From assembly GCA_025060195.1 (NCBI GenBank), contig JANXCQ010000001.1:128352-192351 (forward strand): a stretch of DNA of 64,000 bases, given 5' to 3'. Positions 9,112-19,717 of the stretch are shown here, piece after piece. The notes below the pieces were generated by a model. That model ran no database searches and was not told where the DNA came from. It saw only the letters and a program-made list of their open reading frames with translations. Positions within the stretch are counted from its first letter, which is position 1, and each line of letters begins with the position of its first letter. The DNA is from Gemmatales bacterium. GTDB taxonomy: Bacteria > Planctomycetota > Planctomycetia > Gemmatales > HRBIN36. Made by a program: the position numbers and the translations under genes.

Positions 9112-10242
9112 ATGCCCGATAGCCAACTGCATGCCATCCGCGACAAAGTCGAAAATGGTCAGCGCCTGAGCTTCGAAGAAGGACTTTATCTCTACGAGCA
9201 TGCCGACCTATTTACCCTCGGTCAACTAGCCAACTTGGTACGCGAACGCCTCCACGGAAACTATACCTATTACAACGTCAACGTACATCTCAATCCCACG
9301 AACATTTGTGTCTTCCGCTGCACGTTTTGTGCGTTCCGCGCAGACCTGAAGAGTCCGAAAGGCTATCTAATGTCGGATGACGAAATCTTAGCCCGCGCTG
9401 CCGAAGCCGAAGCCCGCGGCGCCACAGAACTCCACATCGTTGGTGGACTTCACCATCATATGCCCTACGAGTGGTATCGGCACATCCTCGAACTGATTCA
9501 TCGCCATTATCCCCGCCTCCACCTCAAAGCTTACACCGCCGTCGAATGGGATTGGTTCTCCCGCATCACTGGACGTCCCACGAAGGACTTATTAGCCGAA
9601 TGTAAAGAGTTAGGCCTGGGCAGCTTGCCCGGCGGTGGAGCGGAAATCTTTCACCCCGAAATCCGCGAGCAGATCTGCGAACATAAAGCCGACGCCGAGA
9701 CTTGGCTCCGCATTCATCGCGAGGCCCACCAGCTCGGCTTGCGGTCCAACGCCACCATGCTTTACGGCCATATTGAACAGCCCTGGCACCGCATCGACCA
9801 TCTCATCCGCTTACGGCAACTCCAGGACGAAACTGGCGGTTTCCAGACTTTCATCCCATTAGCATTTCACCCTGAGAACTCGCGCCTAAGCCATGTGCCT
9901 AAACCGAGCGTCCTCACCGACCTCAAAACCATCGCCATCAGCCGCATCATGTTAGATAATTTCCCGCACATCAAAGCATACTGGGTGATGCTCGGCGTGA
10001 AGACCGCGCAAATTGCTCTTAGCTTCGGAGCCGACGACATGGATGGCACCGTCGTCCATGAGCGGATCTATCACGATGCAGGTTCCAAAGAACCCCAAGA
10101 ATTGACCGTGGCTGAGCTACGCCGACTCATTCAAGAGGCCGGACGCATTCCCGTCGAACGCGACACCTTGTACCGTGAGGTAATCCGGGAGAATGGCACC
10201 TGGCGCAGCGGCCGTTCACTCAGTCCTGCTATCCCCGCCTAG
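9112..10242 (+). CDS. mqnE: Radical SAM menaquinone (futalosine pathway) enzyme, aminofutalosine synthase MqnE-like (MqnC not excluded)
   Basis: 376 aa. Radical-SAM cluster motif NPTNICVFRCTFCAF. Overall MqnE/MqnC-type layout. GGGGAG RBS upstream. Confidence 0.7.
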   Translation: MPDSQLHAIRDKVENGQRLSFEEGLYLYEHADLFTLGQLANLVRERLHGNYTYYNVNVHLNPTNICVFRCTFCAFRADLKSPKGYLMSDDEILARAAEAEARGATELHIVGGLHHHMPYEWYRHILELIHRHYPRLHLKAYTAVEWDWFSRITGRPTKDLLAECKELGLGSLPGGGAEIFHPEIREQICEHKADAETWLRIHREAHQLGLRSNATMLYGHIEQPWHRIDHLIRLRQLQDETGGFQTFIPLAFHPENSRLSHVPKPSVLTDLKTIAISRIMLDNFPHIKAYWVMLGVKTAQIALSFGADDMDGTVVHERIYHDAGSKEPQELTVAELRRLIQEAGRIPVERDTLYREVIRENGTWRSGRSLSPAIPA

Positions 10243-10280
10243 GCACGCCACTAAAAAGCCAACCCAAACGTTTTTAGCTT

Positions 10281-11399
10281 ATGGTAGAGGAATTCAATCT
10301 TTTCTTAGCTCATCTCCCAAGCGCGTGGCGTATAGTTCATCAGGGAGGCAGACCCTATCATCAAGGTTGGACGAACTTGCTCGTACAGGGAGACAATCTG
10401 CAAGTACTTGCTCAATTCCTGCAATGGCAGATCGTTCGCGGTCAAGTACGCTTGGTTTATCTAGATCCGCCATTTGCTACTAATCAGGATTTCCTGTGCG
10501 ACAATCAGCGGGCTGCCACCGTCAGCCGTCCGCAGCGTGGCCTCCTTGCGTATTCCGATAAATTTGACCGGGATAGTTACCTAAATTTTCTGAGGCAGCG
10601 TTTAGTTCTCCTACATGAGTTGCTAGCAGACGACGGCGCCATATATGTTCATACGGATTGCAAGATCGGACACTATGTAAAGATCTTGATGGACGAAATC
10701 TTCGGTTACGATAACTTCATCAACGACATTACACGCATCAAATGCAACCCAAAAAACTTTGCCCGCCGTGCTTTTGGTAACATTAAGGACACAATTCTCT
10801 TTTATACTAAATCCCGAAACTATATCTGGAATGACTCTCGAGAACCGATGAGCCAAGAGCAAATTGAGCGCTTATTTCCCAAAGTGGACCCGTGGGGCCG
10901 ACGTTACACGACCACCCCTCTGCATGCCCCTGGTGAAACCCTCGAAGGGCCCACGGGCCAGCCTTGGCGTGGTCGCCTGCCTCCGCCAGGACGTCATTGG
11001 CGCTATCCCCCTGAGGAACTCGACCGCCTGGATCAAGCAGGACTTATCGAGTGGTCCTCCTCAGGAAATCCTCGTAAGATTGTCTATGCTGATGAAGTCC
11101 TTTCACGGGGCAAAAAACGGCAGGATGTTTGGGTCTTCAAAGACCCCCCTTATCCCCGCTATCCCACCGAAAAAAACTTAGACCTGCTGAAGACTATCAT
11201 CCTTACTTCCACCCATCCGGGGGACTTAGTACTCGATTGTTTCGCCGGGTCGGGAACCACTTTAGTTGCCGCTGAGCTGTTGGGTCGTCGTTGGATTGGC
11301 GTGGACAATTCTCCTCTAGCCATACAGGTAGCATGCCGCCGACTGGCAGAACTGAGCCATCTCACCCATTTCACGCTGATTGAAACGGCAGGTAGTTGA
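10281..11399 (+). CDS. Site-specific DNA methyltransferase, beta-class (N6-adenine or N4-cytosine)
   Basis: 372 aa. Catalytic motif IV LVYLDPPFA precedes SAM-binding motif I DCFAGSGTTLVAA, which is the beta-class order. No nuclease-like neighbour is visible. Confidence 0.85.
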   Translation: MVEEFNLFLAHLPSAWRIVHQGGRPYHQGWTNLLVQGDNLQVLAQFLQWQIVRGQVRLVYLDPPFATNQDFLCDNQRAATVSRPQRGLLAYSDKFDRDSYLNFLRQRLVLLHELLADDGAIYVHTDCKIGHYVKILMDEIFGYDNFINDITRIKCNPKNFARRAFGNIKDTILFYTKSRNYIWNDSREPMSQEQIERLFPKVDPWGRRYTTTPLHAPGETLEGPTGQPWRGRLPPPGRHWRYPPEELDRLDQAGLIEWSSSGNPRKIVYADEVLSRGKKRQDVWVFKDPPYPRYPTEKNLDLLKTIILTSTHPGDLVLDCFAGSGTTLVAAELLGRRWIGVDNSPLAIQVACRRLAELSHLTHFTLIETAGS

Positions 11400-11436
11400 A
11401 AAGCAGGAGCCACCGCTCATATAGGGGAAAATAACC

Positions 11437-12501
11437 ATGCATCGGACAAATCCCTGGAGCCTAATAACTGTTTTCGCAGGTATAGGATGCATTTCTATAA
11501 CTTCGCAGCAGCCCCTTGAATCGTTAGAAGAACCGTCAGCTGCGGTGAGTTCGAAGAAACCTCGTTTAGTGCTCGCTTTTTATTACGGTTGGTATGGTAC
11601 CCCGCAACACACGGGCAAGTGGGTGCATTGGCAAGGCGTCAACGCGTTAGACAAGCGTATTGAAAACTCGACTCATTATCCGATCCTCGGCGCATACGAT
11701 AGCCATGATCCGCACGTTGTTGCTCAACATTGTAAGGACGCTAAGAATGTTGGCATCGATGGGTTCATAGCCACCTGGTGGCGTCCTCGTGACTTCCACG
11801 ATCGTGGCCTCCCCCTGCTTCTTAACACTGCTCACAAACATGGCCTCGCGGTCACTGTCTATATCGAAACTGTGCCTGATCAGACTGTCGAGCAAGCCGT
11901 GCAGGACGCCCTGTATATACTGTCTCAATATAGCGACCACCCGGCTTGGTTGCGTGTCGATAGCAAGCCCGTTTTATTTGTATATGCGCGTGCCATTGAG
12001 CAACTTGGATTAGACAACTGGCGCCGCGTGATCGCAATCGTAGCGCAAAAGAGAAAATCAGCGGTTCTCTGGATCGGGGACCGAATGTCGCCTGAAGCAG
12101 TTCGCATCTTCGATGGCATCCACACTTATAACATAACTGAGCAGACAGCTGGAAAAGACCCGGAGCAAATTCGCCTTTGGGCGCGTCAGCAATTTCCTCG
12201 TTGGGTTCGTCTTAGTCCGCCCGAGAAAATTAGCTGCCTGACCGTTATCCCGGGTTACGATGATAGTAAGCTGAAAGAACGTAAACCTCCCCGGCCGATT
12301 ACTTCCCGTCATCAGGGTGATACCTACAGGATTCTTTGGGAGGAAGCGATTGCTGCCAATCCGGACTGGATACTTATTACCAGCTGGAACGAATGGCATG
12401 AAGGTACTGAGATTGAACCTTCCGTGGAGCACGGGAACCGAGAACTGCAGACTACTAAGATTTATAGCGCTCGATTTAAGAAGGGGGAGCCCACTCCTTG
12501 A
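11437..12501 (+). CDS. Glycoside hydrolase family 99-like protein (secreted)
   Basis: 354 aa with a hydrophobic N-terminus. LAFYYGWYGTPQHTGKWVHW and ITSWNEWHEGTEIEP blocks are typical of GH99-like enzymes. Confidence 0.7.
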   Translation: MHRTNPWSLITVFAGIGCISITSQQPLESLEEPSAAVSSKKPRLVLAFYYGWYGTPQHTGKWVHWQGVNALDKRIENSTHYPILGAYDSHDPHVVAQHCKDAKNVGIDGFIATWWRPRDFHDRGLPLLLNTAHKHGLAVTVYIETVPDQTVEQAVQDALYILSQYSDHPAWLRVDSKPVLFVYARAIEQLGLDNWRRVIAIVAQKRKSAVLWIGDRMSPEAVRIFDGIHTYNITEQTAGKDPEQIRLWARQQFPRWVRLSPPEKISCLTVIPGYDDSKLKERKPPRPITSRHQGDTYRILWEEAIAANPDWILITSWNEWHEGTEIEPSVEHGNRELQTTKIYSARFKKGEPTP

Positions 12502-12528
12502 TAAGAAATTGTCAGCGCTGGGAATGAG

Positions 12529-13344
12529 ATGATAGAGCAACTGCGCAGCGCCTCCGGTAGGGACATTAGACTACTATGCCGCGATAAGACTTGGACAGCT
12601 CCCACTGCCGGTTTAGCATTAGGTTACGTGCAGGCGAATCTGGTGATTGTTCCCCAGGTCTGGGCATTCGAATTTTTATTATTTTGCTACCGCAACCCTC
12701 GCGCCTGTCCCCTGCTGGAGGTTACCGAACCTGGTTGTCCCGAACCGCGCCGTTGTGCTCCTGGGGCTGACTTACGCACTGATTTACCTCGCTATTGTAT
12801 TTTCCAAAACGGCCAACTCGTTGCTGAATCCTTAGAACTTCATGATTTCTGGCGCGACGACTTAGTGGCGTTTTTACTTGGCTGTTCGTTCAGCTTCGAG
12901 CGCGCCCTATTGCGTGCTGGTCTGCCCGTCCGACACGTGGAATGTCAATGCAATGTTCCCATGTATAAGACAAATATTCCTTGCGAACCGGCGGGACGCT
13001 TACACGGCTCATTAGTCGTGTCTATGCGTCCTCTAAAACCGCGTCAGGCCTTGGAAGCATGCCAAATCTGCTCCAGGTTCCCGTTGGCCCACGGACCCCC
13101 TCTACATTGGGGCGACCCTGCAGAGATCGGCATCTTGGACCTAACGCGACCAGATTTCGGGGACCCGGTGCCTATCTATCCGGGTGAAGTTCCTGTCTTT
13201 TGGGCCTGTGGCGTAACTTCCCAGACAGTTCTTCAAGAGAGCGGCGTGGATTTCGTCATCACCCATAAACCGGGCCACATGTTCCTCACTGACTGGCGCG
13301 ACGAGGATCTGGCACGAAGTCAAGTAAACTGTTACTCATTCTAA
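12529..13344 (+). CDS. Putative hydro-lyase, DUF1445/UPF0317 (D-glutamate cyclase-like)
   Basis: 271 aa. GYVQANLVIVP, FCYRNPRACPLLEV, DLRTDLPRY, WRDDLVAFLLGCSFSFE, VPMYKTNI, PVFWACGVT and ITHKPGHMF blocks match this family. Confidence 0.85.
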   Translation: MIEQLRSASGRDIRLLCRDKTWTAPTAGLALGYVQANLVIVPQVWAFEFLLFCYRNPRACPLLEVTEPGCPEPRRCAPGADLRTDLPRYCIFQNGQLVAESLELHDFWRDDLVAFLLGCSFSFERALLRAGLPVRHVECQCNVPMYKTNIPCEPAGRLHGSLVVSMRPLKPRQALEACQICSRFPLAHGPPLHWGDPAEIGILDLTRPDFGDPVPIYPGEVPVFWACGVTSQTVLQESGVDFVITHKPGHMFLTDWRDEDLARSQVNCYSF

Positions 13345-13365
13345 ATCCTTGGAGAATTTGTCCGC

Positions 13366-14499
13366 TTATAGGTTCGGAACGGCCGGGGGCACATCTGGAA
13401 AGATAGGATCGGGGGCTTCTCGATTAATGAAGTCAATCAATTGGCGCAGCCGACCTAAATTCCGACGGTCAAACCGAAAACGAAGGCGCGGTAAATGCAA
13501 TATATGGCTGTCATTGCTTTCCTCGGGATCCGCACCCACCAACTCAAAAGTACCCTCCACTACTATATCAGCAAACTCGCTTCGAATGCGTTCTAATAGC
13601 TCATTGGGCAAGATACTACGCAAACGTAATACTAAATAATGTTTGCGGCCTATATATCTCATGCTGTGATACACTCGATAAAAGTGCCGAATCTCGGCCA
13701 CCGCCTCCTCTACGTTGTCAGTCACCTTATACAAGGCCAAATCCTGGGGAGAAATATAGTCGCGCTTCAACAGGGTATCCTGCACAAACTGATGGAAAGA
13801 CCGCCAGTAAGTACCTCCTGGCTCATCGACCAATATAATTGGGAACATATGGCTTTTACCAGTCTGGATAAGTGTCAACGCCTCGAAACCTTCATCTAAG
13901 GTGCCGAACCCACCAGGAAACAAGGCTACCGCGTCTGCTTCTTTGACGAACATGAGTTTACGGGTGAAGAAATACTTGAAATTGACCAGTCGCTGATCAT
14001 CATTGGCAATGATGGGATTAGCTGCTTGCTCGAAGGGTAACCGAATGTTAATCCCCAGGCTTCGTTCCTTACCCGCCCCGACATGCCCCGCCTCCATGAT
14101 GCCACTGGCAGCCCCTGTTATGATCATAAACCCCAAGTCAGCCATGCGCCGAGCAAATTCTACCGCAGTCTGGTAAGCTGGATGGTCCCGAGGCGTACGG
14201 GCCGATCCGAATATTGTTACCTTGCGCATATGCCGGTAACGCGCAAACAAGGAGAGCGCATGACGCAGTTCCTTAATCGCAGTCGCGATAATTTTTACAT
14301 CCCCTCGGTCTGCGCGATCGCATAAAAGCTGGTCAGCAGCCTCTTTAATTTCTCGGATGAGTTCCTCAACGGTGACCTGAACATGAACATGATTGTCAGG
14401 CGCTTTCCCAGAAGATGAAAGATAACTACCTTGACTCACAACTGTCTTCCCGGGTGTCTCAGCCCCTCGAGATAGTATGATTTCTTCGGCACCTAACAT
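13366..14499 (-). CDS. LOG/TIGR00730-family nucleotide 5'-monophosphate nucleosidase (PpnN-like)
   Basis: 377 aa. ITGAASGIMEAGHVGA and PGGFGTLDEGFEALTLIQTGK motifs of the LOG family, with an extra C-terminal domain. Confidence 0.8.
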   Translation of the reverse strand: MLGAEEIILSRGAETPGKTVVSQGSYLSSSGKAPDNHVHVQVTVEELIREIKEAADQLLCDRADRGDVKIIATAIKELRHALSLFARYRHMRKVTIFGSARTPRDHPAYQTAVEFARRMADLGFMIITGAASGIMEAGHVGAGKERSLGINIRLPFEQAANPIIANDDQRLVNFKYFFTRKLMFVKEADAVALFPGGFGTLDEGFEALTLIQTGKSHMFPIILVDEPGGTYWRSFHQFVQDTLLKRDYISPQDLALYKVTDNVEEAVAEIRHFYRVYHSMRYIGRKHYLVLRLRSILPNELLERIRSEFADIVVEGTFELVGADPEESNDSHILHLPRLRFRFDRRNLGRLRQLIDFINREAPDPIFPDVPPAVPNL

Positions 14500-14930
14500 A
14501 GTTCAGAGCTCCCAAAATCTTAGGCAGGCAAGGCGGTGGGAACGATTCCCTTCCATTATATCCTTACTTATTTCGTAATATTTATCGCTAAATTAGCGCG
14601 CCAAGCGCCTTTACCACAAGGGCCGCTGCCAGGTCATGACGTATCAAGACCAATCTTGCTCAGTAATTCTCCCATCGCAACATACGCGCGCCAAAGGATA
14701 AGTCCTTACCTCCAAGCGCCCATACGGACCCAGTTGCCTCCCATGTTTTCCCCCAGCAATGCCGGAACTATAGCACATGACCGCTTACTTGCCAAGGCTG
14801 AATCTGACAACCAAGTTGGACATTCGACCCGTGTAGCTGAAACCGAGCGTATATACAATTAGGTGGAGCTACCTAGGTTCTTTTTCCCTAAATGCTATCC
14901 GCGTTATTTCCTCGAGGTGAGAATTTGACC

Positions 14931-16883
14931 ATGGCCCAATTGCGATACGAGTACGATGTCGTGGTAGTCGGCGCGGGACACGCTGGATGCGAGGCAGCTT
15001 TAGCTTGCGCACGTTTGGGACTGCGCACTGCCTTGCTCACCATGAACTGTGATACTGTGGCTCAGATGAGTTGCAATCCCGCCATCGGAGGCGTCGCCAA
15101 GGGGCAAATCGTTCGCGAAATTGACGCCCTCGGTGGTGAGATGGCTAAGGTAACTGACATAGCCGGACTGCAGTTTCGTATGCTCAATCGAACGAAAGGC
15201 CCCGCTATGCATAGCCCTCGGGCTCAGTGCGATAAAAAGCTGTATCAATTCACCATGAAACAGCGCATTGAGGCCCAGGCCAATCTGACCTTGCGCCAGG
15301 AGTTGGTGGAACGAATCCTAGTGGAACCTCTCACTCGCGCACAACAGTCTCAACTGGAACAACCCGACCCGTTAGCCGGTTTAGGAGGCCTGGAATCCAT
15401 AGCGCCCAGGTTCCGAGTTCTCGGGGTGGTTTGCCAGGGGGACACTGTTTATCTTGCCCGCGCGGTAATACTCACCACAGGCACGTTCCTGCAAGCCGTC
15501 TTACACATCGGGGAGGCTAAGAGTCGCGGCGGAAGAATGGGAGACGGCGTTGCAGAAAAATTGAGTGGCAGCTTATCGGAGTTAGGATTCCAACTGGCGC
15601 GATTCAAGACAGGCACTCCGTGTCGGCTCAATGGACGCACCATTAACTTTTCCCTCTTAGAGCGTCAACCTGGCGATCCTGATCCCCGCCCCTTTAGCTT
15701 TTCGACACCTAAGATTACTCAACCTCAACTGGATTGTCACATTACTTATACTACTCCTGAGGTACACGAGTTGATCCGTGCTAACTTACATCGCGCTCCG
15801 ATGTATAGCGGCCAAATCAAGAGCCGCGGACCGCGCTATTGCCCGTCTATAGAAGACAAGGTGGTACGATTTCCCGACAAAGATCGGCACCAGATATTTC
15901 TGGAACCAGAGGGTTATAACACTCTAGAATATTACTGCAATGGTATAAGCACAAGTTTGCCCAAAGATGTGCAACAAGCTATGATTCGCCTCATTCCAGG
16001 TTTAGAAAATGCTGAGATCATGCGCTTCGGCTATGCTGTTGAGTATGACTATGCGCCCCCGACGCAATTGTTCCCGACTTTAGAGACGAAGTTAGTAGCT
16101 GGACTTTATTTTGCCGGACAAATCAATGGGACTACCGGTTACGAGGAAGCCGCCGCCCAAGGGTTGATGGCAGGCATCAATGCTGCGCTGAAACTCAAAG
16201 GACAACCGCCTCTGATATTAGACCGAAGCCAAGCGTATATAGGGGTCCTGATTGATGACTTAGTCACACGGGGCGTAGATGAACCTTATCGCATGTTCAC
16301 CTCTCGGGCCGAATATCGTTTGCTGCTGCGTCATGATAATGCGGATCGCCGACTCAGTCCCATAGCTTGGCGCATCGGCTTGCTCAGCGCTGACGCCTGG
16401 CGTCGGTTGCAGGAAAAGGAGGAGCGCTTACGTCGGCTCATGCAGTGTTTAGAGAACGAAAGGCACGAAGGAATCACGCTAGCCCACTGGTTACGACGCC
16501 CTGGCATCGAATGGCCACATCTGGTTGCTTGGAAGCCACAACTGAAGGAGTTCGAGGCTTGGCCCGAAGTCATCGAACAGGCTATTCTTGACACCCGGTA
16601 TGCCGGCTACATCGAACGTCAGGCGCTGCAAGTGGCACGTTTTCGCAAGTTAGAATCGCGGGTTATTCCAGAGCACTTCGATTATCAGGCCGTGCCTCAA
16701 CTCCGAGCCGAGGCTCGGGAGAAACTGATGCGGATTCGGCCACGCACGCTGGGTCAAGCTAGTCGCATTAGTGGAATCACTCCCGCGGACATTGCTTTGC
16801 TGAGCTTCTATCTTGAACAGGCTCCCCGCGATTTCGAGTCAACCTGCGATAACGAGTGTCCCTCAGAAATTGTCGAAACTTAG
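14931..16883 (+). CDS. mnmG: tRNA uridine 5-carboxymethylaminomethyl modification enzyme
   Basis: [26 protein letters not shown] motif and [16 protein letters not shown]. The start is moved to ATG 14931 ([11 protein letters not shown]) with GAGGTGAG upstream. The ORF-track start at 14892 is also possible. Confidence 0.95.
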   Translation: MAQLRYEYDVVVVGAGHAGCEAALACARLGLRTALLTMNCDTVAQMSCNPAIGGVAKGQIVREIDALGGEMAKVTDIAGLQFRMLNRTKGPAMHSPRAQCDKKLYQFTMKQRIEAQANLTLRQELVERILVEPLTRAQQSQLEQPDPLAGLGGLESIAPRFRVLGVVCQGDTVYLARAVILTTGTFLQAVLHIGEAKSRGGRMGDGVAEKLSGSLSELGFQLARFKTGTPCRLNGRTINFSLLERQPGDPDPRPFSFSTPKITQPQLDCHITYTTPEVHELIRANLHRAPMYSGQIKSRGPRYCPSIEDKVVRFPDKDRHQIFLEPEGYNTLEYYCNGISTSLPKDVQQAMIRLIPGLENAEIMRFGYAVEYDYAPPTQLFPTLETKLVAGLYFAGQINGTTGYEEAAAQGLMAGINAALKLKGQPPLILDRSQAYIGVLIDDLVTRGVDEPYRMFTSRAEYRLLLRHDNADRRLSPIAWRIGLLSADAWRRLQEKEERLRRLMQCLENERHEGITLAHWLRRPGIEWPHLVAWKPQLKEFEAWPEVIEQAILDTRYAGYIERQALQVARFRKLESRVIPEHFDYQAVPQLRAEAREKLMRIRPRTLGQASRISGITPADIALLSFYLEQAPRDFESTCDNECPSEIVET

Positions 16884-16919
16884 TATCTAATTCTCTCTTT
16901 CACGACACCGATAAATCGC

Positions 16920-17630
16920 CTATGACACTGTATGAGAATTTGTGGCATACGAGTTTAGGTCAAGAGTCTGGGCTTCTTGCCAAGCCTCGACGGTACTGAT
17001 CGGATACCAAAACCGAGCTTGCACCACTCGACATTCTTGACGCCGAGCCAGTTTAGTTACCATTTCCGTAAGCTCAAATTCTCCCCGTGGAGAACGCGTC
17101 GGCTGGATCTCCAAAATAGAGCGCGGCAAGATGTAGGCCCCTGTGTTCGCCAACTGAGGGCCCGACCAGTTAGGCTTTTCCACTAATTCCTGCAGTCTTC
17201 CGTCTTGCCCCATTATTAGTATGCCAAATAGATGTGGATGCTGAACGGGATAAGCCAGCAATGCAAAATCATAGAGAAGCAAAGAGGCTAAGTCTGCCCG
17301 TGAATATAGATCGTCGCCATTCAGGACCAAAAACCGGCTCCCCGAGACCAGTGGTTTACAAGCTAACAGGGCATCTCCACTACCCAGAGGTTGCTGCTGA
17401 TATACTATTTGATAACTCGGCAAATTTTCCTGGTGCGCCAGCCAAGCTTCGATTTGCTCCGCCAGATAGTTCACCACCACATAGAGCTTGCTAACCTCTG
17501 CGGGTAAAGCTTGAAGAATCCAATGCAGTATAGGTTTGCCTTGCACGGCTAATAATGGTTTAGGCGTATGCTCCGTGTAGGGGCGCAAACGTGTCCCTCG
17601 CCCGGCAGCCAGGATGATCGCTTCAAGCAT
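16920..17630 (-). CDS. Sugar-phosphate nucleotidyltransferase
   Basis: 236 aa. N-terminal AIILAAGRGTRLRPYTEHTPKPLL pyrophosphorylase motif. Lies 8 nt downstream of aroB on the same strand. Confidence 0.75.
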   Translation of the reverse strand: MLEAIILAAGRGTRLRPYTEHTPKPLLAVQGKPILHWILQALPAEVSKLYVVVNYLAEQIEAWLAHQENLPSYQIVYQQQPLGSGDALLACKPLVSGSRFLVLNGDDLYSRADLASLLLYDFALLAYPVQHPHLFGILIMGQDGRLQELVEKPNWSGPQLANTGAYILPRSILEIQPTRSPRGEFELTEMVTKLARRQECRVVQARFWYPISTVEAWQEAQTLDLNSYATNSHTVS

Positions 17631-17638
17631 TTCCGCCC

Positions 17639-18739
17639 TTACTCCTCGAACATGAGTTCCTCTAAGGTCTGAATAACTAAAGCCTCAGGGACATCGCTTA
17701 CAAGTTCAACAAGCCCTATGCGCCTCGGTAAAATGAAACGCAGTTTGCCGGCACGAACTTTCTTGTCATGCCGCATGAGGGCGATCAATTTGTCAACAGG
17801 CCAGCGCCGAGGACGTGTGGGTAAGCCAAATGCCTTTAAGAGGCGAACTTGTCGCTCAGTTACTTCCGGCGGAATTCTGCCTAACTTCTCTGCGAGCCGG
17901 CTGGCGCATATCATCCCGGCAGCCACAGCTTCTCCATGAAGCCAGCCACGATAATTACTGACAGTTTCGAACGCGTGCGCGAAGGTATGGCCATAATTCA
18001 AAATTGCTCGGTGCCCCGTTAGTTCCTTGGGATCCTCTCTGACAACTTGAGCCTTAAGCTGGCAACTTCGCGTTATTACTTGCTCCAAAATCTTTGGATT
18101 ACGAGTTAGTATAGGTTCTATGTGAGACTCTAAATATGCAAAAAATTCAGCATCTAAGATCACGCCGTATTTTACCACTTCCGCTAGGCCACTCCGGTAC
18201 TCGCGTTCTGGCAGGGTCTCTAACGTGCGTAAGGCGATCCAAACGGCGATGGGTTGATGAAACGCACCAATCAGATTTTTCCCTCGCGGATGGTTGACGG
18301 CTACTTTACCTCCGACAGAGCTATCTACCATAGCCAATAACGTAGTCGGCACCATCAACCACGGCAAGCCGCGATGGAAAGTGGCAGCAACGAAACCTGC
18401 CAAATCGCCTATCACGCCTCCTCCTACGGCTGCCACTAATGTAAGTCGATCCGCATTCATCTCCACTAGCTCATCATAAAGACGAGATGCCATGGCCAGC
18501 GACTTTGACGTCTCCCCACTGGGAACGTGCGCGACTTGAATTCGAAAACCGTGCGCTTCCAGGCAGCAGCGCACTTGCTCAGCATAGTTGGAGACTGAAA
18601 CATCACAAATTACTAACGCTTGCTGACTATGCGGGCAACGCTCACGGGCCAACGTTCCCAAACCTTTCCAGTCTGCCTCGTGGATAACGACTGGATAAGT
18701 TAATTCACCTGCCACTACGGTCAAAGTGATTGGGGACAT
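17639..18739 (-). CDS. aroB: 3-dehydroquinate synthase
   Basis: 366 aa. GGGVIGDLAGFVAATFHRGLPWLMVPTTLLAMVDSSVGGKVAVN and HGEAVAAGM blocks. Confidence 0.92.
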   Translation of the reverse strand: MSPITLTVVAGELTYPVVIHEADWKGLGTLARERCPHSQQALVICDVSVSNYAEQVRCCLEAHGFRIQVAHVPSGETSKSLAMASRLYDELVEMNADRLTLVAAVGGGVIGDLAGFVAATFHRGLPWLMVPTTLLAMVDSSVGGKVAVNHPRGKNLIGAFHQPIAVWIALRTLETLPEREYRSGLAEVVKYGVILDAEFFAYLESHIEPILTRNPKILEQVITRSCQLKAQVVREDPKELTGHRAILNYGHTFAHAFETVSNYRGWLHGEAVAAGMICASRLAEKLGRIPPEVTERQVRLLKAFGLPTRPRRWPVDKLIALMRHDKKVRAGKLRFILPRRIGLVELVSDVPEALVIQTLEELMFEE

Positions 18740-18802
18740 GCTTGGGATATTTTCTGTGTTCTAGATATATAGTTAGCGATAAGGTAGGGAGTAGCCAGGG
18801 CC

Positions 18803-19696
18803 CTACTCTTCCTCGCTGCGAACCGCGTAAAAACCAGCTTCACGTTCCTGAAACTTAGAAACGCCGCATATCGCCTGCCCGCCACGCGTGAACATATAAC
18901 CGCTGAAATGTTGCACCGATTGTGGAAATCTAATGCTAAACTGAACTGCATGACGCGGATTGGGACCGACTTTGCCGGTCACAGGGTACTTGTTTCCTGT
19001 GGCGTCAGACAGAAACTCTCCTGTGAGATTACCCTCTGAATCCACCTGCAAGCGCAGAATGCCACTACGCCGGCCATCGTCATAGAGACGAAAAGTGCCG
19101 TTGAAGAACTCTAAGCGGTAATTGTCGTCGGGCCCTGGCCGAGCCGACTTCTTAATTTCGGTGCCGGGTAGGGGCTTAGTGACCAGATAAATTTGGGCCT
19201 GTGCCATTGCCTCTAGTGTTTCACCTCCTTGAGCGTCGCATCGAAACCGCAGATCGCCTGGGATGTTATTAGGGACGATTTGTCCAATTTCCAGGTGTAA
19301 GATAAAATCGGGATATAGATGTAAGTTTCGTCCCTCCGCCACAATCGATCGCTCTGTACCGGGTCGGTATGTTATAAACCTTTCGATAAGCAAAATGGGC
19401 AACACCTGTTCACTAAACTTTTGACGGGCTATCTGCGCTAACAGCTTCGAAATAAAACCATTCTGCGTTCTCACTACTATCAACGCGCTGTTACTATTAG
19501 GGATAAGCCGCGGGGCGTCACTTATCTGAGATGCGGTTAACGATTGCACGGGTGTAAGAAGCCCATTTTTGATTGCCTCTTGGAGTACAGCATTGGTGTA
19601 ACGATCGAATGAATCAGCGTAGGCAAAATTACCTAAACTTTTGAAAGCTAGGAGTAAAAATAAGCTTACTCGCCCTGCGCGCTTTGTAAGCTTCAT
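18803..19696 (-). CDS. Hypothetical secreted protein
   Basis: 297-aa ORF. Signal-peptide-like N-terminus (RVSLFLLLAFKSLGNFAYA). No family recognised. Confidence 0.55.
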   Translation of the reverse strand: MKLTKRAGRVSLFLLLAFKSLGNFAYADSFDRYTNAVLQEAIKNGLLTPVQSLTASQISDAPRLIPNSNSALIVVRTQNGFISKLLAQIARQKFSEQVLPILLIERFITYRPGTERSIVAEGRNLHLYPDFILHLEIGQIVPNNIPGDLRFRCDAQGGETLEAMAQAQIYLVTKPLPGTEIKKSARPGPDDNYRLEFFNGTFRLYDDGRRSGILRLQVDSEGNLTGEFLSDATGNKYPVTGKVGPNPRHAVQFSIRFPQSVQHFSGYMFTRGGQAICGVSKFQEREAGFYAVRSEEE

Positions 19697-19717
19697 AGCG
19701 TGCTCCTTCGGATTTTG

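Noticed and set aside
7589-12501. Genomic island integrated at the tRNA-Ser gene
   Set aside because: I found no integrase and no downstream direct repeat of the tRNA 3' end. The flanking genes are ordinary metabolic genes with host-like GC.
14536-14862. 108-aa GTG-initiated ORF in the LOG/mnmG divergent intergenic region
   Set aside because: It has a non-ATG start, no RBS, and a Pro/Ser-rich product unlike a real protein. The region is more likely a promoter region.
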